From: an uncultured delta proteobacterium
GTDB lineage: Bacteria > Myxococcota > Kuafuiibacteriia > Kuafuiibacteriales > Kuafuiibacteriaceae
Assembly: GCA_963803435.1 (NCBI GenBank)
Contig: CAWDML010000001.1
Coordinates: 1,728,001-1,792,000 of the forward strand
Direction of reading: 5' to 3'
Length of the DNA: 64,000 nt
Of the stretch, positions 51,103 through 60,848 are shown piece by piece. The translations under genes were made by a program, and so were the position numbers. Each line of letters opens with the position of its first letter. Position 1 is the first letter of the stretch. Under the pieces are notes generated by a model. It did no database searches. It saw only the letters and a program-made list of their open reading frames with translations, and was not told where the DNA came from.

Positions 51103-51945
51103 ATGACCACGAAAGACCCGAAGAAGCCGACGGCGAAGGAGAAGCTCGCCGAGCAACGCAAGATGAAGGCGGACCTGAGCGGCGCCCTGATGGCCGGCCG
51201 GCTCGCCGCCAAGACCGAAACCCGGGTCAAGGTCCCGGTCCAGGCCGAGATCGACCAGGCCGCGCCCAAGGCCAAGCGGGCGACGATCCCTCCCCCCATG
51301 AAGAAGAAGCCCGCTCCGGCGGCGGCCCGGCCTGCGCCTCGGCCCGCGCCGGGGAAGAAACAGAAGAGCGGGGTCAAGCGGGTCGCCTGGGATCCGAAGC
51401 GGCTCATGAAGTTCGTCGCCGGCGTGATCACGCTGGGTGAGCTCGAAGGGATCACCAAGGAGAAGCAATACGAGATGGCGAAGCTCGGCCATCGCTTCAT
51501 CCGACAGGGCAAGCTCAACGAGGCGAAGACGATCTTTGACGGCCTGGTCGCGCTGGATCCCCACGACGCCTACTTCCACCTGGCGCTCGGTTCGATCGCC
51601 CAGCGCGAGGACGACCTCGAGGGAGCGGAGGCCCGCTATACGCGCGCGCTCGAGATCAACCCGTTCTCACCGCACGCGCTGGCCAACCGCGGCGAGGTCC
51701 GCATGATGCGCGGCCAGATGCTCGACGGCGCCAAGGATCTGATGCACGCGCTCGAAGAGGATCCGGAGTGCCGGCAGGAGGCGACCAAGCGGGCACGCGC
51801 CACCATCGCAGTCGTGCTCCAGCAGCTCGAAGAGGCCGGCGCCGATGGCGCCGATCGAAGGAAGAAGCCGGCCGCCCGCCCCCGAACGGCACCGGCGCGA
51901 AAGCAGGTCCCCCGGCCCCGCACCCGGCCGGCACCGAAGAAGTAG
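51103..51945 (+). CDS. TPR protein, SycD/LcrH-like chaperone with Lys/Pro-rich termini
   Basis: ITLGELEGITKEKQYEMAKLGHRFIRQGKLNEAKTIFDGLVALDPHDAYF closely parallels the 16620..17396 protein. Confidence 0.85.
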   Translation: MTTKDPKKPTAKEKLAEQRKMKADLSGALMAGRLAAKTETRVKVPVQAEIDQAAPKAKRATIPPPMKKKPAPAAARPAPRPAPGKKQKSGVKRVAWDPKRLMKFVAGVITLGELEGITKEKQYEMAKLGHRFIRQGKLNEAKTIFDGLVALDPHDAYFHLALGSIAQREDDLEGAEARYTRALEINPFSPHALANRGEVRMMRGQMLDGAKDLMHALEEDPECRQEATKRARATIAVVLQQLEEAGADGADRRKKPAARPRTAPARKQVPRPRTRPAPKK

Positions 51946-51950
51946 GCCCG

Positions 51951-52970
51951 CTATTCGACGGCTTCGTCCAGCAGGCGGCCGATGCGCTGGAAGGCGCGGG
52001 TGCGGCCGACCTGCATCAGGTGGCCGCCCGCGAAGGTCTCGAGCGGCGCCTCGAAGTGGTTCGCCAGCATCAACGCGTGATCGAGCGGCGTGATGGCGTC
52101 CGCCCGGCCGGCCACCACCAGGCGGCCCTTGCGGGGCACCTGGACGGGGCGCGTCAGCGGGCTGACCACGCGATACACGCGATCGACCAGCTCGTACTGC
52201 CTCCGCTTCTGGGCCACCGATCCGACGAAGCGTCCCCGGTCGCTGGCGAACCTCGCGATCGAGGCCAGCGGGATATACGGCACCACGAAGCGCAGCCGCG
52301 TCTCCACGGTGGCGAGCAGCGCGCTGGTGTACCCGCCGAGGCTCATCCCGATCATGCCCGCAGGACCGAGCTCGTGATCCTCGAGCCAGGAGATGAACCG
52401 CCGCAGATCGTGGATCGCCTGACGAAAGCCTTCGATGGTGACGCGCGGATCGGAGCCAGGGAAGTGAGGCTGGCTCAGCGGGCGGCCGCGCAGCCCGTGA
52501 AATGGCAAGGTGAAGAGCGCCGCGTTGAAGCCGCGATCGAGGAACCATTGGATCGGCCAGATCCGCTCCTCGACGAGGTACATGCCGCCGAGGTACCCGT
52601 GGAGGAGGATCGCCGTGCCTCTCGAGTCGCGCCGGGCGAGAAACAGACGGACCGCGCAGGTCATGTTGCGCTCGTGCGCCAGGTATTCGGCGCCGATGTC
52701 GTCGCTGAACGGCACGTAGTCGCTGGGGAAGCAGACGTCGAGAACGTGGTCCCGCACCGCGCGGAGCTGAGGATCGGCGGTGGGGGGCGCGCTAAAAAAC
52801 GTCCCGGGCGCCTCGAAGTAGCTCGGATCCGCGTACCCCTCCAGCATCTGCGTCAGGGCCAGGACGCGGGCCTCGGCGCCCAGGATGGCCTCGGCATCGG
52901 TCCGACCGCCGCGCTTCAGGACCGCGGTCGAAAAGACCCGATCGAAGGACGCGGCGAAGTAGTGGAGCAC
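51951..52970 (-). CDS. Alpha/beta hydrolase
   Basis: ILLHGY, LPFHGLR, nucleophile elbow GMSLGG, AGRADAIT, GGHL. Confidence 0.85.
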   Translation of the reverse strand: MLHYFAASFDRVFSTAVLKRGGRTDAEAILGAEARVLALTQMLEGYADPSYFEAPGTFFSAPPTADPQLRAVRDHVLDVCFPSDYVPFSDDIGAEYLAHERNMTCAVRLFLARRDSRGTAILLHGYLGGMYLVEERIWPIQWFLDRGFNAALFTLPFHGLRGRPLSQPHFPGSDPRVTIEGFRQAIHDLRRFISWLEDHELGPAGMIGMSLGGYTSALLATVETRLRFVVPYIPLASIARFASDRGRFVGSVAQKRRQYELVDRVYRVVSPLTRPVQVPRKGRLVVAGRADAITPLDHALMLANHFEAPLETFAGGHLMQVGRTRAFQRIGRLLDEAVE

Positions 52971-53507
52971 TCAGTGACGATAACCGGAGATCAGGTGCGA
53001 TGTGTTCCGCGCTACTCGCACACGCCCGCCTCGCGAAAGCTCTTCACCGTCCACCGGGTGCCACGCTTGTAGCAGACCGTCACGACGGTCCGATTCTTCG
53101 ACACGTTGAAGCTGAAGTCGGGGAGTTGGGCCGCGTCGCCGTCCTGGATCACCCTCCCCGGACAATCGAAGTCGTGGATGGAGATGGGATCGGTCCCGCT
53201 CCATCCGTCGCTGAGGATCCGAAGCTCCGCGAGGTCGCAGGCCGTTTGCTGCGCGAGGTGCTCGTCGGCATCGTGGGACGGGATGCGGTTGGACAGCTCC
53301 TCCTTGCGGGCCGAGAGGGCGTGCAAGTCGCGGCCGAACCAGACGCAAAAGGAGAGGAACGAGACGAGCGCGATCGACGAGACGGCGACGGCCACCGTGC
53401 TTGAGCCCGGCACCACCACCTGCTGAGCCTGGGCTAGGAGCGTGTAGCGCGTAGCGCTACCGCGAGCCCGGTCCGGGTCCCGGTCCGGGTCCCGGTCCCG
53501 ATGGCGA

Positions 53508-53875
53508 TCATGCAGCCCGGCGTGCGTTCATCGACTTGATGAGGCGCGTGAGCATCTCGACAACGCGCTTGAGCTTGGCTCTGGCGGCTTGGACCTTCTG
53601 CTCGTTGGCGAGTCGGCGCCTCAAGCAGGTGTGGAGTGAGGCGGCGCTTTCGGTGCCAGAGCGAAGTGCCATCCGGTAGAAGCCAGCCTTCTCAGGTGGA
53701 TTGAACTCTCCGGCGCCCTCGGCGGTGTTGTTCACGATGGATCGGATGCCCGCCGAAGCTGATCGCGGACGTGAGCGTGACCGGGTTGCAGTTCTTGTGC
53801 GATCTCTTCAGCGATGTCGGCATACTCGACGGCGAGCTGGTAGACCTCGAGCTTCTCGTGATCGAAAGTGACCAT
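53508..53875 (-). CDS. Four-helix-bundle protein (23S rRNA IVS-protein/TIGR02436 family); one apparent frameshift
   Basis: FDHEKLEVYQLAVE..DQLRRAS[D]SIVNNTAEGAGE..FYRMALRSGTE..VVEMLTRL; one base missing near 53740. Confidence 0.85.
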
Positions 53876-53921
53876 GCAAGCTAGCTTGCGGTAGCTCGTC
53901 CACTTTGACCAGCAGAAGTTC

Positions 53922-55098
53922 TTGGAGGTCGTTTCGTCTGGAATCGATCGTTGGGCGGATCGACTTCGACGCCTGGATTTGATCGAAGTCCTGAAGCTTT
54001 GCCAGAAAGCAGGTTTGGTGCGGCTCGGACACGTCGCACTCGATGGCTCGAAGGTGCAGGCGAACGCGAGCAAGCACAAGGCGATGACCTACGAGCGGAT
54101 GGCCGAGGAGGAGAAGCGGCTGTCTCTCGAGATCGAAGAACTGCTGGAGCGAGCGCGCACGATCGACCAAGAGGAAGACGAGCGGCTGGGCGTTGAAGAG
54201 ACTGAAGAGGACATCCCAGCGGAGCTCGCTCGCCGTGAATCCCGCCTTGCCCGCATTCGAGAAGCGAAGGCTGCGCTGGAACAGGATGCCGCCAGGGCTC
54301 GCGCGGAGAAATTGCGCAGGCAAGCCGAAGAGCAGCAGAGCAAAGCGGATGATGCTCTTGTGGATCGGGTGGAGCAGAAGCGAGCGAGAACTCGAGCCGA
54401 GAAGGCAAGAGCGCAGGCTGACCAGCTCGAACCATCCCCAGACCCAACTGAACGAAATGATGGATGGCCGCATCATCGCGTTCCTGCAAATGTGGACGGC
54501 ACACCGAGGCCCCACGCTCAGAGGAACTTCACCGACTCAGACAGCAGGATCATGTTGAAGGAGGGAGCGTACCTCCAGGCCTACAATGCCCAAGTTGTCG
54601 TAGATGAGCACGCTCAGGTGATTGTCGCCGAAGGGGTCAGCAACCAGGCACCTGATCAGCAACACCTCGTCCCGATGCTCCGTGATGTGTTCGGCAACTG
54701 CGGCGATGCTCCGCGGAAGATGACGGCAGACAACGGCTATCTGAGCGACCAACATCGAATTCTGCGACAACAATCAGATCGATGCCCACATCGCTGTTGG
54801 ACGCGAACAGAACCAAGACGCGTCGACTCCGTCCTCATCAGCTTCGGAGCCCACACCTGCCTCGCTCGCTCGCAAGCGAATGCGAGACAAGTTGCAAACG
54901 CGCGACGGCAAGGCGGTCTACGCCCGCAGGAAGAGTATCGTCGAACCGGCGCTCGGACAGATCAAAGCGGCACGAGGATTCCGCCGGTTCTCGCTACGCT
55001 CCTTCTTCAAGGTACGAGCCGAGGGGACGCTCGTCTGCCTCACCCACAACCTGCTCAAGCTCTACCGATCGAAGCTCGCGACCGTCGCGAGCGTCTGA
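53922..55098 (+). pseudogene. IS1182-family DDE transposase, 5'-truncated and frameshifted
   Basis: LCQKAGLVRLGHVALDGSKVQANASKHKAM, QRNFTDSDSRIM, QAYNAQ, ADNGY, YARRKSIVEPALGQIK, HNLLKL; N-terminal domain absent; frameshift near 54750. Confidence 0.9.
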
Positions 55099-55448
55099 CT
55101 CAAGGCAGCCATCTTCAGATCGGGACCCGGACCGGGACCGGGACCCGGACCGGGGTCGCGTGAGCGCTTACGCGCTACACGCTCCTAGCTTGCGGGCGCG
55201 GAGGCCGTACACGATGCCCACGATCGAGATGGGGAAGCAGCACGTGACGGCACCGATCAGCGACCAGATGACGCCGTTTCTGGCGGCGCGCTCGATCTCG
55301 AGGCGGGACATTCCGTCTTGGATCGACTGGACCTTCTGCTGCTCGGTGGACACCGGCATCGCGCGCCCGCAGTACTCGCAGGCGGCCCGGTCAACCTGAT
55401 TGGCGCCACAGGACGGACACTTCATCGGCAGCTCCTCGTATCGTGCCG

Positions 55449-56774
55449 TCAGTCGGATGTGAAGAAGCTCGGCCATGCCGAGGGCGGCGTGGTCGGCGGA
55501 TTCGAGGCCTCGAGCACCTCGTCGATGCTCCGCCACTCGAGGTTGCCTGAGGAGACCGTGATCGTGCCCGCGATCCAGAGCTCGCCCGCGTTGGCGGAGA
55601 GGTGGGTCGGCCCGATGGGACCGGCGGTGAGCGAGCGCCCCTCCCCGAGCGCGCGCAGGATCGCCGTCGAGCCCGGATCGGCGCCGTCGTACACGGGCTC
55701 CACGATGACGCCGTAGATGCCGTCGGAGACCGACTCCAGGCTGGCGATCTCGGGTCCGAACCCATCGAAGTCGTCCATGATGGTCCCACCAAAGCTGGGC
55801 GACGGGCTCCGGCTCGACAGCGAGGACAGCGGATCACCGAACGCTCCGCCCGGGCCGATCAGGTGGAGATCGAGATCGCTGGTCCCGCCGTCCCAAGAGA
55901 GGACCAGCCGGAGGCCCCGCTCCCGACCGACAGACGAGGCGATCGGCACCGAGCACCGGCTCTCGCCCAGACCGTCGCCGACGCCGGTCACCACCACCTC
56001 GACGCGATTGCTGCCGGCGAAGATCGGGATCCGGTCCAGCGCGAAGGCACCGCCCTGCACCGGGAGCGCGCCGTCGAACACGTCGCCGAAGAGGCTGTGC
56101 ACGCGCCAGACGGCCGTGTGGACCGACTCGGGCGCGACCGTCCCGGAGAGCCGCGGGAGCAAGAGGCCGCCCACCGGCATGTTCTGGTGTGGCTCGCCCA
56201 CCTGGATCGCGGCGCACCCAGGACAGGCGACCTCGACGCTGATCAGATCCGTCTGCTTCGATCCCATCACCGACGCGACCACGTTGATGGTGGAGACACC
56301 CGAGTCGACGAAGACTCCGTCCACCACGAACGGGATCCGGGTGAAGACGCCCTCGTTCTCGTTCTCGACCTGGATGATCCGCGCCGGACCGCCGGAGCAG
56401 TTGCGGTCGCCGCCGGAGAACGCGCTGATGCTGATGTTGCGGGCGGCCGACTCGACCTCGCCGGTGACGCGGATCGATCGGGTCCCGTCGGGGAACAGCG
56501 CATCGGGCTCGGGCTCGATCACGGTCAAGCGCGGCGGTAGCGCCTCGATGCGGCACTGGCCCTGGTTCGTGCAGATGGCGCGGTTGACGTTGTCGTTCGG
56601 CTGCGGGCACTCGGCGGCCGTGAAGCAATCGCTGACGCACTGGCCGGTGGGCGCACCCGAGCCGTGAACGTTGAGGACGCAGTAGCTCAGGATCGGGCAG
56701 TCCGACTGCGACTTGCACGGTGGACCGCCGCAGGCGACGAGCGCCGCGGCGACGAGCGCGGCCGCCCTCAGCAT
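55449..56774 (-). CDS. Cys-rich lipoprotein with Ig-like domains and a YfaP/DUF2135-like C-terminal domain
   Basis: Lipobox LVAC; Cys-rich N-terminus; LRLVLSWDGGTSDLDLHL..DDFDGFGPE; ATG at 56774 overlaps the upstream stop. Confidence 0.75.
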   Translation of the reverse strand: MLRAAALVAAALVACGGPPCKSQSDCPILSYCVLNVHGSGAPTGQCVSDCFTAAECPQPNDNVNRAICTNQGQCRIEALPPRLTVIEPEPDALFPDGTRSIRVTGEVESAARNISISAFSGGDRNCSGGPARIIQVENENEGVFTRIPFVVDGVFVDSGVSTINVVASVMGSKQTDLISVEVACPGCAAIQVGEPHQNMPVGGLLLPRLSGTVAPESVHTAVWRVHSLFGDVFDGALPVQGGAFALDRIPIFAGSNRVEVVVTGVGDGLGESRCSVPIASSVGRERGLRLVLSWDGGTSDLDLHLIGPGGAFGDPLSSLSSRSPSPSFGGTIMDDFDGFGPEIASLESVSDGIYGVIVEPVYDGADPGSTAILRALGEGRSLTAGPIGPTHLSANAGELWIAGTITVSSGNLEWRSIDEVLEASNPPTTPPSAWPSFFTSD

Positions 56775-59596
56775 GAGGGCGTGTACTCGACCCGGATGTC
56801 GGCGCCCTCGGGCGGCGGCACGGTGAACACGATGCTCTGGGTGGCGGGATCGTAGGTCCACTGGCTGGGAGCGACCTGGTTGCCGTCCACGAACACGAGC
56901 AAGGGCTGCGACTGATCGACGCTCTGCGATAGCCGGAAGATCTTCCGCAGCCCGAAGGCCGCATTGCCGACGTTGGCGAGCGTCGTCGCCCAGTTGGTGC
57001 AGATCGACTCGGAGAGCCCGTTCGTGAGCATCGCGAACTGCTGGTAGCGCGGGGCGGGCGTGGCCGGTCCGAGCGCCGTGTTGCACCCGCTCGGACCGCC
57101 GGTCACCACGGCGGTGGTGTAGCCGCCGAGCGCGCGCGTGCGGAGATCGTTGTAGTACGAGACCGGCGACAGGAGCGACTGGTCGTCCTCGTCGGAGATG
57201 AGCACGACGGCGAGCCCGGCGTCCGGTCGCAGGAGATCGGCGTTGAAGCCGATCCCCGCCGCGGCCAGGTTCAGCGCGCCCTGCATCGCATCGAGCCCCT
57301 GTTCGATGCCGGATCCGTTGACGCCGACGCTCGCCTGGGCCTGGAAGGCCGCCTCGAGGTTGAAGGTCTGCGGGTCGAGCACCGGTCCCACCAGCGCGCC
57401 GGCGCTGGGGAACAACGTGGTGGTGGTGATGCCGAGGTGGAAGTCGACCTGGCGCAGGTTCGCCTGCTGGATGAAGCGCTGGAAGTTCTGCGACAGCGCG
57501 GCCTGGTCGTCGCCCATCGAGCAAGAGTCGTCGATCACGAAGAGGACGTCGACGGCCCGGGTGGTGTTCTGGTTGAAGTCGTCGGTGATCCGCGGATTGT
57601 CGGCGCCCGCGCCTCGGATCGGGACGATGAGCGGATACGGGAGGTCCGTCACGTCGATCTCGATCTCACCGGTGTCGGTACCCAGATCGTCCGCGCCGTA
57701 GCCGACCGTGAAGGGGTTCGAGGTGCCGGCCAGCAGGGTGAAGGGCGTCGCCGTCGAGGGGGTGAAGCGGATCTCCGAGGTGCTGGCGGTCAGCGTGATC
57801 GAGGAGACCTGCACGTTGACCGTGCCGGCGTTGAAGAGGCGAACCTCCCGGAGGCCGGCGTCGCAGCCGGGCCGCGCCGATCCGAAGTCGAGGCTGGTCG
57901 GCTGCGTGAAGATGTCGACGTAGCCCGCCGCCGTCCCCAGCAGCGTGAGGTGGCGCTCCGGAAAGACCGGATCACCGGTGAGGATCACGAAGTTCGCCTT
58001 GGACTCCACCGCCATCGTCGGCGCGTACTCGAACTCGAGCACGGTGGAGCCTCCGGGCGGCAGCGCGATGGGAAACGGCGCGCCCACGAGCGAGATGTAC
58101 GGATCGAGCGGGGCACGGAACGCGCCCGAGGCCAGCAGACACTCGTCGTCGCCCGAGTTCGTCAGCGTGGTCGCCTTGCGGCGCACGAACGACGGGGGGA
58201 GGAGACCGAAGTTGACGCGCTCCGGGCTGGGGGTCAGCTCGCAGAGCCAATCGGTCAGGCCGGCCGTCACCGGAACGTCGACGGAGGGCCGGGCCGGATC
58301 GTCGCTCGTGATCGTGACGGTGCCCTCGTACTCGCCGATGGCCGCCGGAGTAAAGGTCACGTTGACCACGATCGACTGTCCCGAGCCGATGCGCGCCGGA
58401 AGACCGGGAACGTCCGCAAGCGCCAGCTCCGACGCGCCGGAGATGGAGACGCTCTCGACCCGAACGTCGGACGAGCCGGCGTTGATCAGGAGGATCGATC
58501 TTCGATGGGTGATCATCTCGCGCTGCGCCCCGAAGCTGATCGCCTCCGGCTGCACGACGAACAGGGGGCCCTCCCCCCGCCCGATCACGGAGGCGCGCAC
58601 CTCCGGGGCCAGCGGATCGGTGGTGGCGACGACGACCTCGCCCGAGAACTCGGCCGCCCGATCGGGCGTGAACGCGACGTTGATGCCGAGGTTCTCACCG
58701 GGACCGAGCTCGAGCGGAGCGGGACGACCGAAGTCCGCGGCGAGCGCGGCGCCGCCGACGGTGGCGATCGAGGTCAGCGTGACCGCCCGGGCGCCCTGGT
58801 TCTGCACCACCGCCTGCAGCGTGTGGGTCTCGCCGAGCCCGACACCGCCGAAGTCGAGGAGCGGCGGCATGATCTGAACGATCGGCTGAGCCGCCGATGC
58901 GATCACCTGGACTTCGAGACCGCAGCGCTCGCCGCACGTCTCGAAGGTGATTCGGCCGCCGTCGTCGCCGATCTCGAAGGGTCGATACTCGAGATCGAGC
59001 GTCAGCTCGGAGCGAGGGCCGATCGCGAAGGTACCCGGCAATGCGAAGCTGGCCAGCGCGCTCAGGGAGAAGTGCTCAGGGCGCGCGAAGTCGGCGGTGA
59101 TGATGGTCCCGCCCACCTCCCCGATGCCGAGGTTGTCGAGGACGATCTCCTGCACACGGGTGGTGCCGACCGCGGTGTTGGAGAGATCGAGCACCGTGGG
59201 TCGTACCGTCACGGAGCCCTCGACGCCGCGGCCCGTGAGCGTGACCTCGCGCGGCCCGCCCGGATCGTTGCTGGCGAAGACGAGGGTCTTGCTCTGCGGT
59301 TCATCGTTGGTGGGCGTGAAGGACAGATCGATCGTGCGGCCGGCGCCGGGGAGGATCGTGGTCTCGGGGAGGACGACGCCGAACGGGCTCTGGACGTCGG
59401 CGCTCTGGACGACGAGGTCCGCGGTCCCGACGTTTTCGACCACCAGGGAGGCGCGCTTGGTGGCGCCGAGCGGGACCTCTCCGAAGTCGACGCGATCGGT
59501 GCTCAGCTCCAGGCCGGGCACGACCTTGCCGAGCTGCGGCGCCTCACCGCACTCGCACGCTCCGAGGATGAGAGGGACCAGGAGGAGCCGGCGCAC
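56768..59596 (-). CDS. Lipoprotein with tandem choice-of-anchor D (ASH/Ig-like) domains and a C-terminal vWA domain
   Basis: Lipobox LGAC; about six repeats of (L/V)(D/N)FG..NxG; VDVLFVIDDSCSM (MIDAS), ISDEDD. Confidence 0.85.
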   Translation of the reverse strand: MRRLLLVPLILGACECGEAPQLGKVVPGLELSTDRVDFGEVPLGATKRASLVVENVGTADLVVQSADVQSPFGVVLPETTILPGAGRTIDLSFTPTNDEPQSKTLVFASNDPGGPREVTLTGRGVEGSVTVRPTVLDLSNTAVGTTRVQEIVLDNLGIGEVGGTIITADFARPEHFSLSALASFALPGTFAIGPRSELTLDLEYRPFEIGDDGGRITFETCGERCGLEVQVIASAAQPIVQIMPPLLDFGGVGLGETHTLQAVVQNQGARAVTLTSIATVGGAALAADFGRPAPLELGPGENLGINVAFTPDRAAEFSGEVVVATTDPLAPEVRASVIGRGEGPLFVVQPEAISFGAQREMITHRRSILLINAGSSDVRVESVSISGASELALADVPGLPARIGSGQSIVVNVTFTPAAIGEYEGTVTITSDDPARPSVDVPVTAGLTDWLCELTPSPERVNFGLLPPSFVRRKATTLTNSGDDECLLASGAFRAPLDPYISLVGAPFPIALPPGGSTVLEFEYAPTMAVESKANFVILTGDPVFPERHLTLLGTAAGYVDIFTQPTSLDFGSARPGCDAGLREVRLFNAGTVNVQVSSITLTASTSEIRFTPSTATPFTLLAGTSNPFTVGYGADDLGTDTGEIEIDVTDLPYPLIVPIRGAGADNPRITDDFNQNTTRAVDVLFVIDDSCSMGDDQAALSQNFQRFIQQANLRQVDFHLGITTTTLFPSAGALVGPVLDPQTFNLEAAFQAQASVGVNGSGIEQGLDAMQGALNLAAAGIGFNADLLRPDAGLAVVLISDEDDQSLLSPVSYYNDLRTRALGGYTTAVVTGGPSGCNTALGPATPAPRYQQFAMLTNGLSESICTNWATTLANVGNAAFGLRKIFRLSQSVDQSQPLLVFVDGNQVAPSQWTYDPATQSIVFTVPPPEGADIRVEYTPSC

Positions 59597-59654
59597 GCGT
59601 GAAGCATAGCGCAGGGCCGGTGTGGGTAGACGTCGCCAAAAACGCGCGGCGGCG

Positions 59655-60848
59655 TCAGCGGAGGCGCGACAGGCGGCCGGCGAACGTGGGGGCGTCGATC
59701 TTGTTCACGAAGAGATCGAAAATGTCGGCCCGCGACGCCATCACCTCCGGGCCCGCCTTCGCGCCGATGATGACGCGGTCCACGCCCGCTTCGACGCCGC
59801 GGGTCTGCTCGAAGAAGACCACGGTCGCCTCGAAGATCGGCACCAGCTCATCGACCTGGGCGAGCGCGTGAGGAAGCTCGATGCGGAGCGCGCGAAAGCG
59901 GCCGTCGGTACGGATCATGAGAGACGTCGTCACGCCCTTGCCGGCGTGCTTGCGAAGCAGCGGGAGGGCGGCGTCGATCCCGACCTGGTAGGGCGTCGCG
60001 TCGATGGGCGCGAAGCGCTCGTTGGCCATCGGGAGCGACGCGACGGCCCCGGCCGCCGGCGGCGGGGGTGGTGACCGAGGCGGCGCGGCCCGAGCAGGCG
60101 GCGCCCGCGCAGGCGGCGGGGCGACGACGGCCGGCGGCGGCGGGGCGACGGCCACCGGCGCCACCGGAGGCGCGGCGGCCGGCGGGGGCTCCGCCTTGAG
60201 GGCCGCCGCCAGGGCCGACACGGTGCGGAGCCCCGGGAAGTCGCGCGACGAGAGGCACTTGGTCCAGCGATCGAGGTGGCGATCGAGCTCCTCGCGCGCG
60301 CTGTCCGCCCGGGCCGCGTCCCCGGCGGCCCCGGCGACGTTCTCAATCTGCTTCGAGCGAGCGGCCATCATGACCTCTCGGTCGCAGTCGCCGCGGGTCT
60401 CCAGGCCCACGTCGCCGGCGAGCCCGTAGGCGCGCTCGAGCAGCGGCAGCGCCTCGGCCGGGCGCTTCAGGATCAACAGACCGCGCGCCTGGAGATCGTA
60501 TCCGAACATCCGGAAGCGATCGGGCTGCGCGGGCGTCTTGCCTGCGACCGCCACCTCGCGCATCACCGCGTCGATGAGCTGCAAGCCTTCCTGCGTTTGA
60601 CCCATCTCGATCATCGCGCCGGCGCGCCAGAGTCGATACCAGAAGACATCACGCGACTTCTCATTCTGGCGCTCGAACACCGCCGCCTTGTCGAGGACGG
60701 TGCCGAAACGGTCCGAAGCGGCCGCGGGCGCCAGCTCGGCTTCGCGGCTCAGGTGGGGCGCGAGCGCGCCCTTGAGGCAGCCGGTCTCCGAGACGAGGAC
60801 GAGGACGACCAGGGCCGCCCTGAGCACGCTTCGCTTGCCGACCATCAA
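59655..60848 (-). CDS. Hypothetical lipoprotein with TPR-like region and Pro/Ala-rich linker
   Basis: Signal ending ETGC; helical region; PPPAAAPP linker; overlaps the upstream stop. Confidence 0.7.
   Translation of the reverse strand: MMVGKRSVLRAALVVLVLVSETGCLKGALAPHLSREAELAPAAASDRFGTVLDKAAVFERQNEKSRDVFWYRLWRAGAMIEMGQTQEGLQLIDAVMREVAVAGKTPAQPDRFRMFGYDLQARGLLILKRPAEALPLLERAYGLAGDVGLETRGDCDREVMMAARSKQIENVAGAAGDAARADSAREELDRHLDRWTKCLSSRDFPGLRTVSALAAALKAEPPPAAAPPVAPVAVAPPPPAVVAPPPARAPPARAAPPRSPPPPPAAGAVASLPMANERFAPIDATPYQVGIDAALPLLRKHAGKGVTTSLMIRTDGRFRALRIELPHALAQVDELVPIFEATVVFFEQTRGVEAGVDRVIIGAKAGPEVMASRADIFDLFVNKIDAPTFAGRLSRLR

Larger units (their letters stand above)
53434..55188. mobile_element. 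IS1182-derived element with CTAG target duplication, ~70-bp terminal inverted repeats and a four-helix-bundle passenger gene
   Basis: CTAG at 53434-53437 and 55185-55188; inverted arms 53434-53502 and 55119-55188 match at about 64 of 70 positions; interior is visibly less GC-rich; interrupts a gene. Confidence 0.9.
53012..55425 (-). pseudogene. Zn-ribbon/membrane protein gene (DUF4190-like) split by an insertion
   Basis: 5' part MKCPSCG..CEYCG..SIVGIVYGLRARKL (55425-55186) joins in frame to AQAQQVVVPGSSTVAVAVSSIAL.. (53434-53012) when the element and one CTAG are removed, giving 220 aa. Confidence 0.85.

Noticed and set aside
53508-53875. Diversity-generating retroelement (Avd-like gene)
   Set aside because: No reverse transcriptase and no TR/VR pair with adenine-specific differences were seen; the FGE-domain gene 10 kb away has no visible template repeat.
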